Source: an uncultured Actinomycetes bacterium
GTDB lineage: Bacteria; Actinomycetota; Thermoleophilia; RBG-16-64-13
Assembly (NCBI GenBank): GCA_963814365.1
Contig: CAWFCL010000004.1
Coordinates: forward strand, 495,659 to 559,658
Direction: 5' to 3'
Length of the DNA: 64,000 bases
Position numbers and translations under genes: made by a program. Numbering within the stretch: the stretch's first letter is position 1; the number at the start of each line of letters is the position of its first letter. Shown here piece by piece: positions 9,871 to 20,756 of the stretch. A model generated the notes under the pieces. The model saw only the letters and a program-made list of their open reading frames with translations, did not search any database and was not told the origin of the DNA.

Positions 9871-9948
9871 GTCCAGGCTGAAGAGCAGCGACGCTCGCTG
9901 ACCGCGTCCGTTCCGGGATAGAATAGAAGCCGGAGGTGGTTGGGATGG
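9871..9948 (+). repeat. 78-bp dispersed direct repeat, copy 1 (leader of the MNT gene)
   Basis: 70/78 identical by eye to 24110-24187. Contains the inverted repeat CAGCGA-cgc-TCGCTG, TAGAAT, GGAGGTGG and the ATG at 9945. Confidence 0.9.
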
Positions 9949-10247
9949 CCGAACAGTTCCTAGCCGAGAGTAAGCAGATAGTCGGTTTCTGCAGACGGCA
10001 CCAAGTCTTGGAGCTCGCCGTCTTCGGCTCTGCCCTGCGCAGTGACTTCGGTCCGGACAGCGACGTCGACCTCCTGGTGACCTTCGATCCCGAGGCAAAG
10101 GTCTCGCTGTTCGACCTTGTGGACATGGCAGATGAGCTTGCGAAGATTGTGGGCCGCCGGGTCGATATCGTGACCAAACAGGGGCTCAAGCCTCGGATAC
10201 GCCAGTCGGTACTGGACAGCTCCAAGGTCATCTATGACGCGGCGTGA
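9945..10247 (+). CDS. Minimal nucleotidyltransferase (MNT/MntA-type antitoxin)
   Basis: LAVFGSALRSDFGPDSDVDLLV (GS..DxD motif), ~100 aa, directly upstream of a HEPN gene. Confidence 0.9.
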   Translation: MAEQFLAESKQIVGFCRRHQVLELAVFGSALRSDFGPDSDVDLLVTFDPEAKVSLFDLVDMADELAKIVGRRVDIVTKQGLKPRIRQSVLDSSKVIYDAA

Positions 10248-10501
10248 CGACTTGTATCTGGCCGATATCGTCGACGCTGCCAAGGCCACTCAGTCTCATA
10301 GGCGAAGCTGCCGCCAGGGTGTCTGAGGAGACCCGACGGGCACATCCGGATATCCCATGGCATCAGGCTCGCGGCGTGAGGAATCTGCTCGTGCACGCCT
10401 ACTTCTCAGTCGACTGGGACATCGTCTGGACCACTGCCGTAGAATCGGTGCCCAAACTGGCCGAGCAGGTGGGCGCGCTGATTCGAGCGGAAGGGGATTG
10501 A
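10234..10501 (+). pseudogene. DUF86/HepT-type HEPN toxin, internally deleted and frameshifted
   Basis: N-terminus MTRRDDLYLADIVDAAKA is in one frame. IGEAAARVS...IPW...RNLLVHAY (Rx4HxY) is in another. The intervening ~25 codons typical of DUF86 are absent. Confidence 0.8.
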
Positions 10502-10502
10502 C

Positions 10503-12152
10503 GCCACCACGACAACCACAGAGCCGGAGCCCGAGACTTCCTTCGCGGACGACTTCACCGCCGACTACACCTATACCACCAGCGGTCGCCTGGAGACGGC
10601 CACCCTCACCGGCGCCACGCAAGAACTGTATGAGTTCTATGACAACGGCAACATCTGGAAGGTGAAGCTAGACTCCTCAGGCACTTGGCAGGATCACATC
10701 ACCTTCGGCTATGACCAAGAGGACCACAATATCCTCGAGACCATGGACGTCACCGGTCAGGCGACCACCTACTTCGGTTACGACTCCGGCAAGCGCTGGC
10801 GAGAAACGCAGGGCCCGAGCACGAACCCGGACTCGATCACCTACGCCTACACCGGTACCGGACGCCTGGCCACCTATCAAAGAGAAGCAGAAGCCGCGGA
10901 GCCCGCGGTCTCGGCCGCCTACACCTACGACGCCGCCGGTCAGCGCACCACCTCGACCGTGACCATAGACGGTGTGGTGTCCACGACGGAGTTCACCTAC
11001 ACCGGTCTAGCCCTACACAAGCTAGAGGCCACGCGCACCCAGGGCGAGGTCACCGAGAGTTGGAGCCTCACCTATCTCTATGACGAGTACGGGAAACCGT
11101 ATGCAGGTGTGTATCGCAGTCCACAGACGAGCGAGGACCCGACCGTCTTCTCCATGGTCACCTCCGACCGCGGGGACGTGCTTGCCCTCCTAGATGAGAA
11201 CGGATATCCCTTCGCCGCCTATAGATATGACGCCTGGGGTAGTCCGCTAGGCCAAGGTAACGCAGGAGATGGTATCTGGGCCCAGGCCACCAGCCAAGGC
11301 GAGACTGAGACCATCAGCCTGGAACTGGCCGCCACCATCGCGACTCGCCAGGTGCTCAGATATGCCGGTTACTGCTACGACCCAGAAAGCGGCCTCTACT
11401 ACCTCTCCGCCCGCCACTACGACCCCGCCACCAGGCAGTTCCTCAGTAAGGACCTTTCTCGTAACGACGGGGAGCAGAGCGCCTATGGGTACTGTCTGGG
11501 GAACCCCATCGCCAATGTGGATCCGACGGGGTTGGTCGCTGTCGCCTATGCTCCTGGTGCCCGGAAAGAACGAAACCCACAGCACGTCAGCGATAGGCGA
11601 GAGGCTGATTGGAGCAACCCTGCCAATAGGGTTGACGCCAACTTGAGGGTAGTCGTGGTTGAGAGCGCCGATATCGCTGAGCATCCGGGAGGGTTCTTGG
11701 GATATAAGGTTGGGGACGTCGTCGTGACCTACAGATGCCAAGACGAGAGTCCTTCGGGCTCCAACGGTATCGCATACGTCGTAATCGCCGTCGACTCGTA
11801 CGGTGCGGTATCGGAGGACCCGGACGTTCTGGACCTGTGGAACGGCACGTTCACAGAGGTTGTGCGCACAGCAGACATCACGCACTTCGAAGCTCGGCCT
11901 CTGCGTCCCTCATTCACCCAGTATGTCTTCCATGCTGACCTCTTGTCGAATCCTGATCAAGAATGGAGTAGTTGGTCCCCCAGGGGGGTCACCTACCAAG
12001 TTCATGTCGATGCCTACGACCGGAACGGAGGGTTCGTGGAGCATGTTTGCGCCATCACTGAAGTCTCGTGGCCCTTGTGCGACTCGCAAGGACTGCTGCT
12101 CGAGATCATGACTTACGTCGATCTGAGAGAGGGTCTATTTGGGCCCAAATAG
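10503..12152 (+). pseudogene. Orphan Rhs module 4 with tip CT4 (~11532-12152)
   Basis: Homology begins inside the Thr-rich linker (ATTTTTEPEPETSFADDF), in frame with ORF 10662-12152. Core end NPIANVDPTG. Confidence 0.88.
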
Positions 12153-12229
12153 GGGTGGCGTGCCGAAGGTTCTCTTGGCATCGTGTGAAGAGCGGAGGAG
12201 GAACCAGGAATTCCGAGAAAGATGGAGGC

Positions 12230-13378
12230 ATGATGATCTTCATGAGACTGACGGCCCTAATAGCAGCAGCAGCGGCCACAGTGGTAGTCGGCTGTTCTTC
12301 GCAGGCTCACAACACCCCGCCGTCAACCGATTCAGCATCGCCTCCCGAGGTAGTCGCCTCGATGTTCAGGGCCAACCCGGAGAGAACCGGGGAGTATGAG
12401 GCCTTAGGACCCAATGAAAACCACCGGGTTGTCTGGGTGATGTCTTCGAACGAGCGGATTGTCTCGTCGCCGGCCTTATCGGGGCGTGAGGTTTACATCG
12501 GCATCGGTGCGGACCTTGTCGTCCTTGACCTGGCGAGCGGGAAACAGAGATGGAGTTTCCCAGCGGGGGACAACATCGCGTCCTCGCCGGCTGTTGCGGG
12601 TGGCCTGGTGTACTTCGGCTCGGACGACTCGCACTTCTATGCATTGGACGCAGGGAGCGGGGAAGAGGCATGGGACTTCGTGACCGGCTCCCGGGTCTCG
12701 TCCTCTCCCGTAGTAGTCGATAACGTCGTCTACTTCGGCTCAGACGACTACCACCTCTATGCGCTCGATGCCGGTACTGGGGACGAGCTGTGGAGATTTC
12801 GTACGGGCCAAGAGATAGTCTCATCTCCCGCTATTGCGAACGGAGCGGTTTACGCCGGAAGTGGGGACGGACACCTCTATGCGATTGACGCTGACAGTGG
12901 TGAGGAGATGTGGAGATTCGCCACACGGGGCGTCATCTACTCCTCTCCGGCCGTATCGAAGGGAGTCGTGTACTTCGCCAGCTATGATCATTGGGTTTAT
13001 GCGGTCGACGCCGAGTCCGGCAGGGAACTGTGGCGATTCGACGCTCACGCACCAGTCTTCTGCTCTCCCGCTGTCTGGAGCGGTTCGGTTTACATTGGCA
13101 GCAGCAATGGTCGCCTGCACGCGTTGGATGCCGAGAACGGCGAAGAGCGTTGGTACTTCGAGGCGCGACAAGGATTCGCAATTGACTCATCGCCGGTAGC
13201 GGCGGCCGGGATGGTGTTCTTCGGCAGCAACGATGGCTACCTCTACGTGGTAGACGCTGAGAGCGGTGAGCAGGCGTGGAGATTTCGGACCAACTCGGAA
13301 ATGGTGGCCTCACCCGTGATCCACGATGGGGCACTATATGCGGCGACTGTCACGGGCGGCCTGATTGTTCTGAAGTGA
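12230..13378 (+). CDS. Predicted lipoprotein with PQQ-like (BamB-type) beta-propeller repeats (partner of CT4)
   Basis: Lipobox TVVVGC. Repeats of SSPAVxxGxVYFGSxDxxLYALDAxSGxExWxF. Start is at 12230, 12233 or 12242. Confidence 0.9.
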   Translation: MMIFMRLTALIAAAAATVVVGCSSQAHNTPPSTDSASPPEVVASMFRANPERTGEYEALGPNENHRVVWVMSSNERIVSSPALSGREVYIGIGADLVVLDLASGKQRWSFPAGDNIASSPAVAGGLVYFGSDDSHFYALDAGSGEEAWDFVTGSRVSSSPVVVDNVVYFGSDDYHLYALDAGTGDELWRFRTGQEIVSSPAIANGAVYAGSGDGHLYAIDADSGEEMWRFATRGVIYSSPAVSKGVVYFASYDHWVYAVDAESGRELWRFDAHAPVFCSPAVWSGSVYIGSSNGRLHALDAENGEERWYFEARQGFAIDSSPVAAAGMVFFGSNDGYLYVVDAESGEQAWRFRTNSEMVASPVIHDGALYAATVTGGLIVLK

Positions 13379-13419
13379 TACCAGAGGACTGCTCCCAATG
13401 TTGTGCACTCCAGTCCCAG

Positions 13420-16014
13420 TACCTGTACAACAACCTGGGCTGGAGGCTCAAGGTCCAAGACGCCGATGGTTTCACCACCAGCTACGTGTTCGACGTGGCC
13501 GGGCGGGTCACCTCGGAGACCACCGCCGGTCATGTGACTACGACCAGCTACGATGATGCCGGTCTCATCCTGTCCAGGAGCGAATCGGCTGAGAGTCGGA
13601 CGACGATCTTCACCTACGATGACTTCGGCCGGGCAGTCAATGAGACCCAGACCGTGGGTTCGGTGGAGGTGAAGGACAACACCGTCACCTACGATTCCTT
13701 GGGTCGAATCACCGGGAGCTTCGATGATGAACGCGACCTAGAGAGTTCCACTACCTATCCCGTCAACACTCCCGCAGACACGACCACGCTAGTAGAGGTC
13801 GGGGTGGCCGGCGACGCCGTGCAGACCGAACTGACTCTGGCCGCCGATGGGTTCGAGACCTCCCGGGCCAGCGTCATAGATGGTGGGCCATCTGTGTCCC
13901 GCGCCGGTATCACAAGAGACGATGCCAAACGGGTGACGGGAGCGACGCTGAGTATCGGAGCTACCGATCTTCTGCAGGGATATGTGTATGACACGAAGGG
14001 TCACCTCGTAGGGCAATCATGGGAGGCACCCGGCGAGCAGGTGGTCTTAGACGCGTCTTATACCTACTCTGGCACTACTGGTCTAAAGACAGGTGAAGAT
14101 CTCACGCTGCCCAGCATAGGCGGCGTACTGGGCGGTGGGCCCACCACCACGACCACCCTGGCGCCCACCACGACCACCACCGAGGCATCTACGACCACTA
14201 CCGAATCAGTCACGACCACCACGGTCTCCGGTACCACGACCACCGAGGTGGCCACGACCACCACGACTCTAGCCCCCACCACGACCACCGAACCACCGAC
14301 GACCACTACAGAACCGGCCACCACGACGACCACGGAGCCGGCGCCCGAGACTTCCTTCGCGGGCGACTTCACCGCCGCCTATACCTACACCACCAGCGGT
14401 CGTCTAGAGACGGCCACCCTCACCGGCGCCACGCAAGAACGCTATGAGTTCTACGACAACGGCAACATCTGGAAGGTCAAGCTAGACGCCTCAGGCACTT
14501 GGCAGGACTACGTCACCTTCGGCTATGACCAAGAGGACCACAATATCCTCGAGACCATGGACGTCACCGGTCAGGCGACCACCTACTTCGGTTACGACTC
14601 CGGCAAGCGCTGGCGAGAAGAGCAGGGCCCGAGCACGAACCCGGACTCGATCACCTACGCCTACACCGGTACCGGACGCCTGGCCACCTATCAAAGAGAA
14701 GCAGAAGCCGCGGAGCCCGCGGTCTCGGCCGCCTACACCTACGACGCCGCCGGTCAGCGCACCACCTCGGCTGTGACCATAGACGGTGTGGTGACCAACA
14801 CGGAGTTCACCTATACCGGCCTTACCCTGCATAAGCTGAAGGCCACTCGTACCGAGGGCGAGGTCACCGAGAGTTGGAGCATCACCTATCTCTATGATGA
14901 GTACGGTAGACCATATGCCGGTGTCTATCGGAGTCCGCAGACCAGCACCACCCCGGAGGTCTTCGCCCTGGTCACCACCGACCGAGGTGACATCGTCGAG
15001 CTCTTGGACGCAAACGGCGAGCCCTTCGCCGCCTACCGCTACGACGCCTGGGGTAACCCTTTGGGTGAGGGCAACGCCGGTGAGGGCATGTGGACGCAGG
15101 GGACCACGCTTCTCTCGGGCGACCTCGCCGCGGAGATCAGCGAGCGTCAGGTCTTACGCTACGCCGGCTACTGCTACGACTCTGAGTCGGGGATGTACTA
15201 CCTCTCTGCCCGGCACTACGACCCGGAGACGCGGCAGTTCCTCAGCAAGGACCTCTCCCGCAACGACGGGGAGCAGAGCGCGTATGGGTATTGTCTGGGG
15301 AATCCGATATTCGGTACTGACTCCACTGGTTTCAGACCTCTGTTCGAGACAGGCAGTCGTGAGACTGATCACGAGGCGCTGAAGCAGTGGAGCAAGCGGA
15401 AGGCAGAGGAAGCGCGCGAGGGGGCACCAGAGTGGGCTACTAAGGCGCACATAAGTCCTCTAGCTCCCGAGTGGATGTATCTGCCTTGGCAAGACAATCC
15501 TCCGAGTGACCTAACTACCTACTACAACGCGTGTATGCGTGACTGCTGCGCCAACATCAAGGGATATGGCGGTAGGGCGAAGGCGCTGCTGATAGTTCTC
15601 TACAGAATCCAGGTAACGCATGAATGGGACCCATTGGTGGTCAACGCCGGCCCGGTCAATCTGGACGCGCTGGTGGCGAACATAGGCATGGATGAACATT
15701 ATATGGACAGACACTACTTCGGAAATTTCTGGGCCGGGGTGATGTTTTCGGCGCTTGAAGAGCCATATAGGGAGATGGCTATCGAGGCCAGTCTCTTGGA
15801 GGCGCAAGTGCGGGCCAAGAATGTTCTGGAGAGTAGGTATCCGGCCATTAGAGACGGGGATTTGGATCCAATGGCTGCAAATCGAGAGTACTTCGACGCC
15901 CTTGACCACGAAGCGTGGGATCAGAGGATCATCAGAGAGGGTGTCAGGTATGGATTGACCGAAATCATGCCCTATGTCGACTACTGCGATTGCTCCTATT
16001 GGTTCTTCAAGTGA
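13420..16014 (+). pseudogene. Orphan Rhs module 5 with Thr-rich insert and tip CT5 (~15331-16014, Ntox44-like)
   Basis: Near-identical to module 1 at an offset of 12796 bp. Core end NPIFGTDSTG. No convincing start (ORF 13276 begins inside the upstream gene). Confidence 0.88.
13510..14340 (+). repeat. Long near-exact direct repeat of module 1 (714-1544)
   Basis: Identical shadow ORFs at 959-1198 and 13755-13994. Only a few substitutions visible. Confidence 0.92.
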
Positions 16015-16038
16015 TATCTGACTGAAGGAGAGAGCTTT

Positions 16039-17130
16039 ATGAAGGGCCCTATATGGAGGAAGAGCCTAGTCGTGGCAGCTTGTGGCTGCCTGGTCCTACT
16101 GAGTGTAGGGACTGGTTGCGCTGCGGATACAAAGGTGACGGCCGGGTGGCATCAGGTCCATCCGGATGGACAGGCACCGTCGGGGGGACAAGCGGCGATG
16201 GTCTACGACGAACGAGCGAAACGTATCCTCGTCTTCGCGCGGGCCAAGGATGGCCCAGAGATCGACGTCTGGTTTCTCGACCTGGAGGGTCGAAAGTGGG
16301 TTGACATACAGGCGCCATCCGTGCGACCGCCATATCGCACTGGATTCTCCGTGGCGTACGACAATGATGCACAGAAGGTGCTCCTGTTCGGAGGGGAGGG
16401 GAGCCAGGGCTACCTCTGCGACACGTGGATCTACGACCCAAGAAGCAACGCGTGGAACAACGTTGATGACGGGGGGCTATGCCCGGCCCCGAGAAAAGGC
16501 CAGGCGATGGTCTACGACCCCGTATCCAGGCGGGTCGTTCTTTTCGGCGGGGGAAGGACTGATGCTCACTTTCACAAGGCAAATGACACTTGGACCTACG
16601 ACTTCACGGCCGGTGCATGGACTGAGGTCCGTACGACAAACTATCCAGCGGCCCGGATGTGGCATTCGATGTCTTATGACACTGCGAACGGGAACATCAT
16701 CATGTTCGGAGGCGAGAGTTCCAGCGAATTCGGGGCGGTGATGAACGATACATGGGCGCTCGATATAGAGTCAAAGACTTGGACGAGGCTCGAGCCAGAG
16801 GGAGCAGTACCATCGGGCCGGGTCCAACACGCCATGGTTCTAGATCAGTCTACGGGGATCATAGTCCTTTTCGGAGGCAGTGGCGCTGACACCACTGCGC
16901 TGGGAGATACTTGGCTATACGACGGCCTCAAGAACGCGTGGACGAAACCGCGTCTTCGCGGCAAGACCCCCGCCTGTCGCCAGGGTCAATCGTTAGTCTA
17001 TGACACAGAGTCGAACCGGGTCGTACTCTTCGGGGGCTATAAGGCTTGGGCGGAGGGACCGGGCGATAGGGATGGCATAGGCGGCTCTCTGCTCAGCGAC
17101 GTGTGGGTCTTCGATGCGGCGCCCAGGTGA
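16039..17130 (+). CDS. Predicted lipoprotein with Kelch beta-propeller repeats (partner of CT5)
   Basis: RBS AAGGAG. Lipobox SVGTGC. Repeats of MVYD...VVLFGG...DTWxYD...W. Confidence 0.9.
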   Translation: MKGPIWRKSLVVAACGCLVLLSVGTGCAADTKVTAGWHQVHPDGQAPSGGQAAMVYDERAKRILVFARAKDGPEIDVWFLDLEGRKWVDIQAPSVRPPYRTGFSVAYDNDAQKVLLFGGEGSQGYLCDTWIYDPRSNAWNNVDDGGLCPAPRKGQAMVYDPVSRRVVLFGGGRTDAHFHKANDTWTYDFTAGAWTEVRTTNYPAARMWHSMSYDTANGNIIMFGGESSSEFGAVMNDTWALDIESKTWTRLEPEGAVPSGRVQHAMVLDQSTGIIVLFGGSGADTTALGDTWLYDGLKNAWTKPRLRGKTPACRQGQSLVYDTESNRVVLFGGYKAWAEGPGDRDGIGGSLLSDVWVFDAAPR

Positions 17131-17251
17131 GCAGGGCTCCGCATAGGTCTGTTGGTGGCCGGCGCCCTCTTGGCAGGTCGCAAGTGGGTGCGCACTCTCG
17201 CGCAACGAGGGTTCAAAGTGAAGTCAGAGTCGTCTTGGGGTCGTGGTCGCC

Positions 17252-20200
17252 ACGGCAAGGACGCCCTGAACGTCTACGACGCCCGTGGCAACGTGGTCAT
17301 CAGCTGGGCGGAGGGGGTCTGCGACGACACCTACACTCCGAGTGGGTACACTCTGAACCGGGCGTCGCGAGCCTGGTATGACGCGCTGGGGCGCAAGACT
17401 CAGAGCTTCTCGCCCGACAGTAAGAACGCAGTAGGCGAGGAGCGTTTCACCACCTACACCTACAACGACGACGGTCTCCTCCTGCGCACCACCAACCCTG
17501 ACTATAGCTGGGTAGAGAACACGGCGTACGACAAGTGTGGGCGCGTGACCGATACCCAGTTCTCGACAGGCGACGGTACCTCGGCTACCACCAGCGCCAC
17601 CTATGACCCGGCGGGCCGCCTCATGACGGCCACCAACGCCAACGGTTTCGAGACCGAGTTCACCTACGACCACCTCGGCCGCCAGACCGCGGCCGGATAC
17701 GCTGGGTTCACCGCCGAGTCCCAGTTCACCTACAACACCCTGGGGTGGAACCTCGCGACCCAAGACGCCGATGGTTTTGCCACCACCTACCTCTACGACA
17801 AGGTGGGTCGGGTCCTCTCGGAGACGACGGCCGACTACGTGACGGTGGCTGAGTACAACACCGCCGGTCAGTTGCTCACCCAGGCCAAGTACCCGATGGG
17901 GCAATCGAGTACCCCCGAACGCAGGACCAACTTCACCTACGACGTCTTCGGCCGGGCCATCAATGAGGAGCAACTCCTGCACCCCGGGCAACCCGAGGAG
18001 GAGACAGTCAGAGACCTCACCAACCAATACGACTCCCTGAGCCGGGTGACCCTTAGCGACGACGACGGGCTCGATCTCCACCACCGCTTCACCTACCCGG
18101 TGAACACCACCAGCGGCACCACTGACACCGCCTTCATCGGCCCCGAAAGCTCGGATTCAGCGACCGTCGTCATCACCGTGGACGCCCACGGCCTGGAGAC
18201 CAGCCGCGCCCTGGATATCGACCCGCTTGACCCCTATCAGCCTGTCGCGGAGATCATCCGCACCATCGATCCAGAGGACGGCCGTGACGACGCCCGCCGG
18301 GTGACCGCGGCTTACCTCGACCATGACGCTCTCACACAGACCCCCGACCTCCTGCAGGCCGCCTACGACTACGACCAGGCCGGACACCTCATCGCCCAAG
18401 GCGGGGTGGGCTTCACGGCGGCCGGCGCCACCTACGAATACGATGTCTCCGAGACTGAGACAACCTGGGCCAGCGGACTCAAGATCGAGGAGCACCTGAA
18501 CCTCACCTTAGTGGGCTCGGCCGGGGCGATCTCCGCCACCTACACCTACGACGAAGACTCAGAGAACCGCCTAGAGTCTGCCACCATGGATATCGACGGC
18601 GATGACACCGACGACATCACCGACACCTACGACTTCGACCAGGCCGGTAACCTGCAGAGCGTCATCGGCGCGGGCGGCACCTGGAGCTACCTCTACGGCT
18701 ATGAAGCCGACCCCGCCTCCGACTCCAACCGCCTGGTGCGCATCGACAAAGACGGCGCCCCTCAGATGCACTTCACCTTCGACCCCGAGGACCGCTGGCG
18801 GACCATGCAGGCCCCCACCAGCGCCCAAGACGACCCCGACCGCGAGCTCTTCACCTACACCGAAGCCGGGAGACTCGCCACCTACCAGAGGTACGAGGGC
18901 GGCACCCTGGCTCTCACGGCCACCTACACCTACGACCCAGCCGGTCAGCGCAAGCGCTCCGTGGTCACCGAAGGCACAGGCGAAGACGAGGTCATCACCA
19001 CCACGGAGTACACCTACGTAGGCCTCAGCCTGCAGGAGCTAAGAGCCACTCAAGACGGCGCCCAGACGGCGAGCTGGACCATAACCTACCTGCACGACGA
19101 AGCCGGTAGACCCTACGGAGGCATCTACCGGGATAGCGAGACCCAAGGCCCGCAGTTCTTCCTGCTGGTCACGACCGACCGCGGAGACGTGGTCTCGCTC
19201 ACCGACAAGAACGGAAATCCCTTCGCCGCTTACCGCTATGACCCGTGGGGGGATCCAGTAGGAGAGGTCTCACCGCCTCCGCTCGTAAGGCACGAAGAGG
19301 ACGACACCGCCCTTACCTACCAAGGCACCTGGACAACCACCCAAGACCAGGAGGCCTCCGCAGGCAGCCTCACCAGTACCGATGAGACCGGGGCCTCGGT
19401 CACCTATGAGTTCACCGGCACCGGAGTGGACTGGATAACGACCACGTCCGCCATCCAAGGCATCGCCAGCGTGACCCTAGACGGCGGCACCCCCGAGCTC
19501 ATCGACCTCCACAGCGAAAGCACGGTCTACCAGCAGAGCGCATGGACCAGCGACGCCCTGGAGGCAGGCACCCATACCCTCGTCATCGCGTGGACCGGCA
19601 CCAAGAACGAGAACTCATCGGGTACCACCATCGGGGTGGACGCTCTTGACGTCACCGGTGTCCCAGAGGCAGGTCACCGGCCACCGGGGTCTGGGCGCAG
19701 CAGACCTTGGATGCCGAGAGCGAGACGGTCATCAGCGCCGAGCTGGCGGAGACGATCAGCCGGCGCCAGGTGCTGCGCTACGCCGGGTACTGCTACGACC
19801 AAGAAAGCGAGATGTACTACTTGTCCGCGCGGCACTACGACCCCGAGACGAGGCTGTTCCTCTCCAAGGACCCTTCCCGTAACGACGGGGAGCAGAGCGC
19901 GTATCAGTACTGTCTGGGGAACCCGGTGGGGTTGGTGGATCCAACGGGGTACATACCTCTCTGGGAGACCGGCAGTCGCGAGACGGATGCAGCGCTGACG
20001 AGACAGTGGGCTGAAAAGAAGCGAGAAGAAGCGTTGGCTAGGGTACTGTTGGCGAGCCAGGTGGTCTTTCGAGGGACACCTGAGGTGCAGGGCGCGACGC
20101 AGGCAAGTGTGGAATGGGTCACGATACGCGCCGAAGAGTGGGGGATAATTCCGTACCTTGACGGCACATGGGATGAAGGGTGGTATACAGCAACGATAAC

Positions 20201-20651
20201 CATCACAGAGGGCAGGTACGGCGTGAGGGCTACGCTCACCTGGTACTGGGACGGCACCTATCACGTTTCTAGCTTGCAGCATACCGGGGAGACATCCAGC
20301 CTTTCTCCCGTCCTGGGAACCGCAGGGGACGAGATGTGGGGTGGTGGAGTGACTGCAATCATCGGGTGGAAGTGGACCACTAGCCCCTCCGGTTCGTTTT
20401 ATGGGCCGATCATGACCGACGAAGACAGCCGAGTTCCGATCGAGGCATACTTGGGAACTCTGAAGTCTGTTTGGCCCAGGTCGCATTTCGTTATCCCAAT
20501 GTCCATGCAGGGGATCACAGACAACGGCGGCTCTCTCAGTGTGAGCATGTTTGTGGTGGGCGGGAAGGTCATGCTTACCAATCTTCGTTCTCAGTACCTG
20601 GGTTGGGAGACATGGCCAGATGACATTCCCGAGATCAGTTGGGACGAATGA
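17252..20651 (+). pseudogene. Rhs module 6 (diverged core paralog, inserted beta-sandwich domain, frameshift at ~19680) with tip CT6 (~19950-20651)
   Basis: Homology starts at GKDALNVYDARGNVVISWAEGVC. ORFs 17152-19998 and 19707-20651 join by one frameshift. Core end NPVGLVDPTG. Confidence 0.85.
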
Positions 20652-20756
20652 GGCCGAGTTGAACCGTCGTGGAACCAGGATATTTGCACTTATCGAGGCG
20701 TGACGTTGTCTCGGTGTGCAGGGCAGTCTCGACGAAGTCCGAGGAGGAGACCATTC

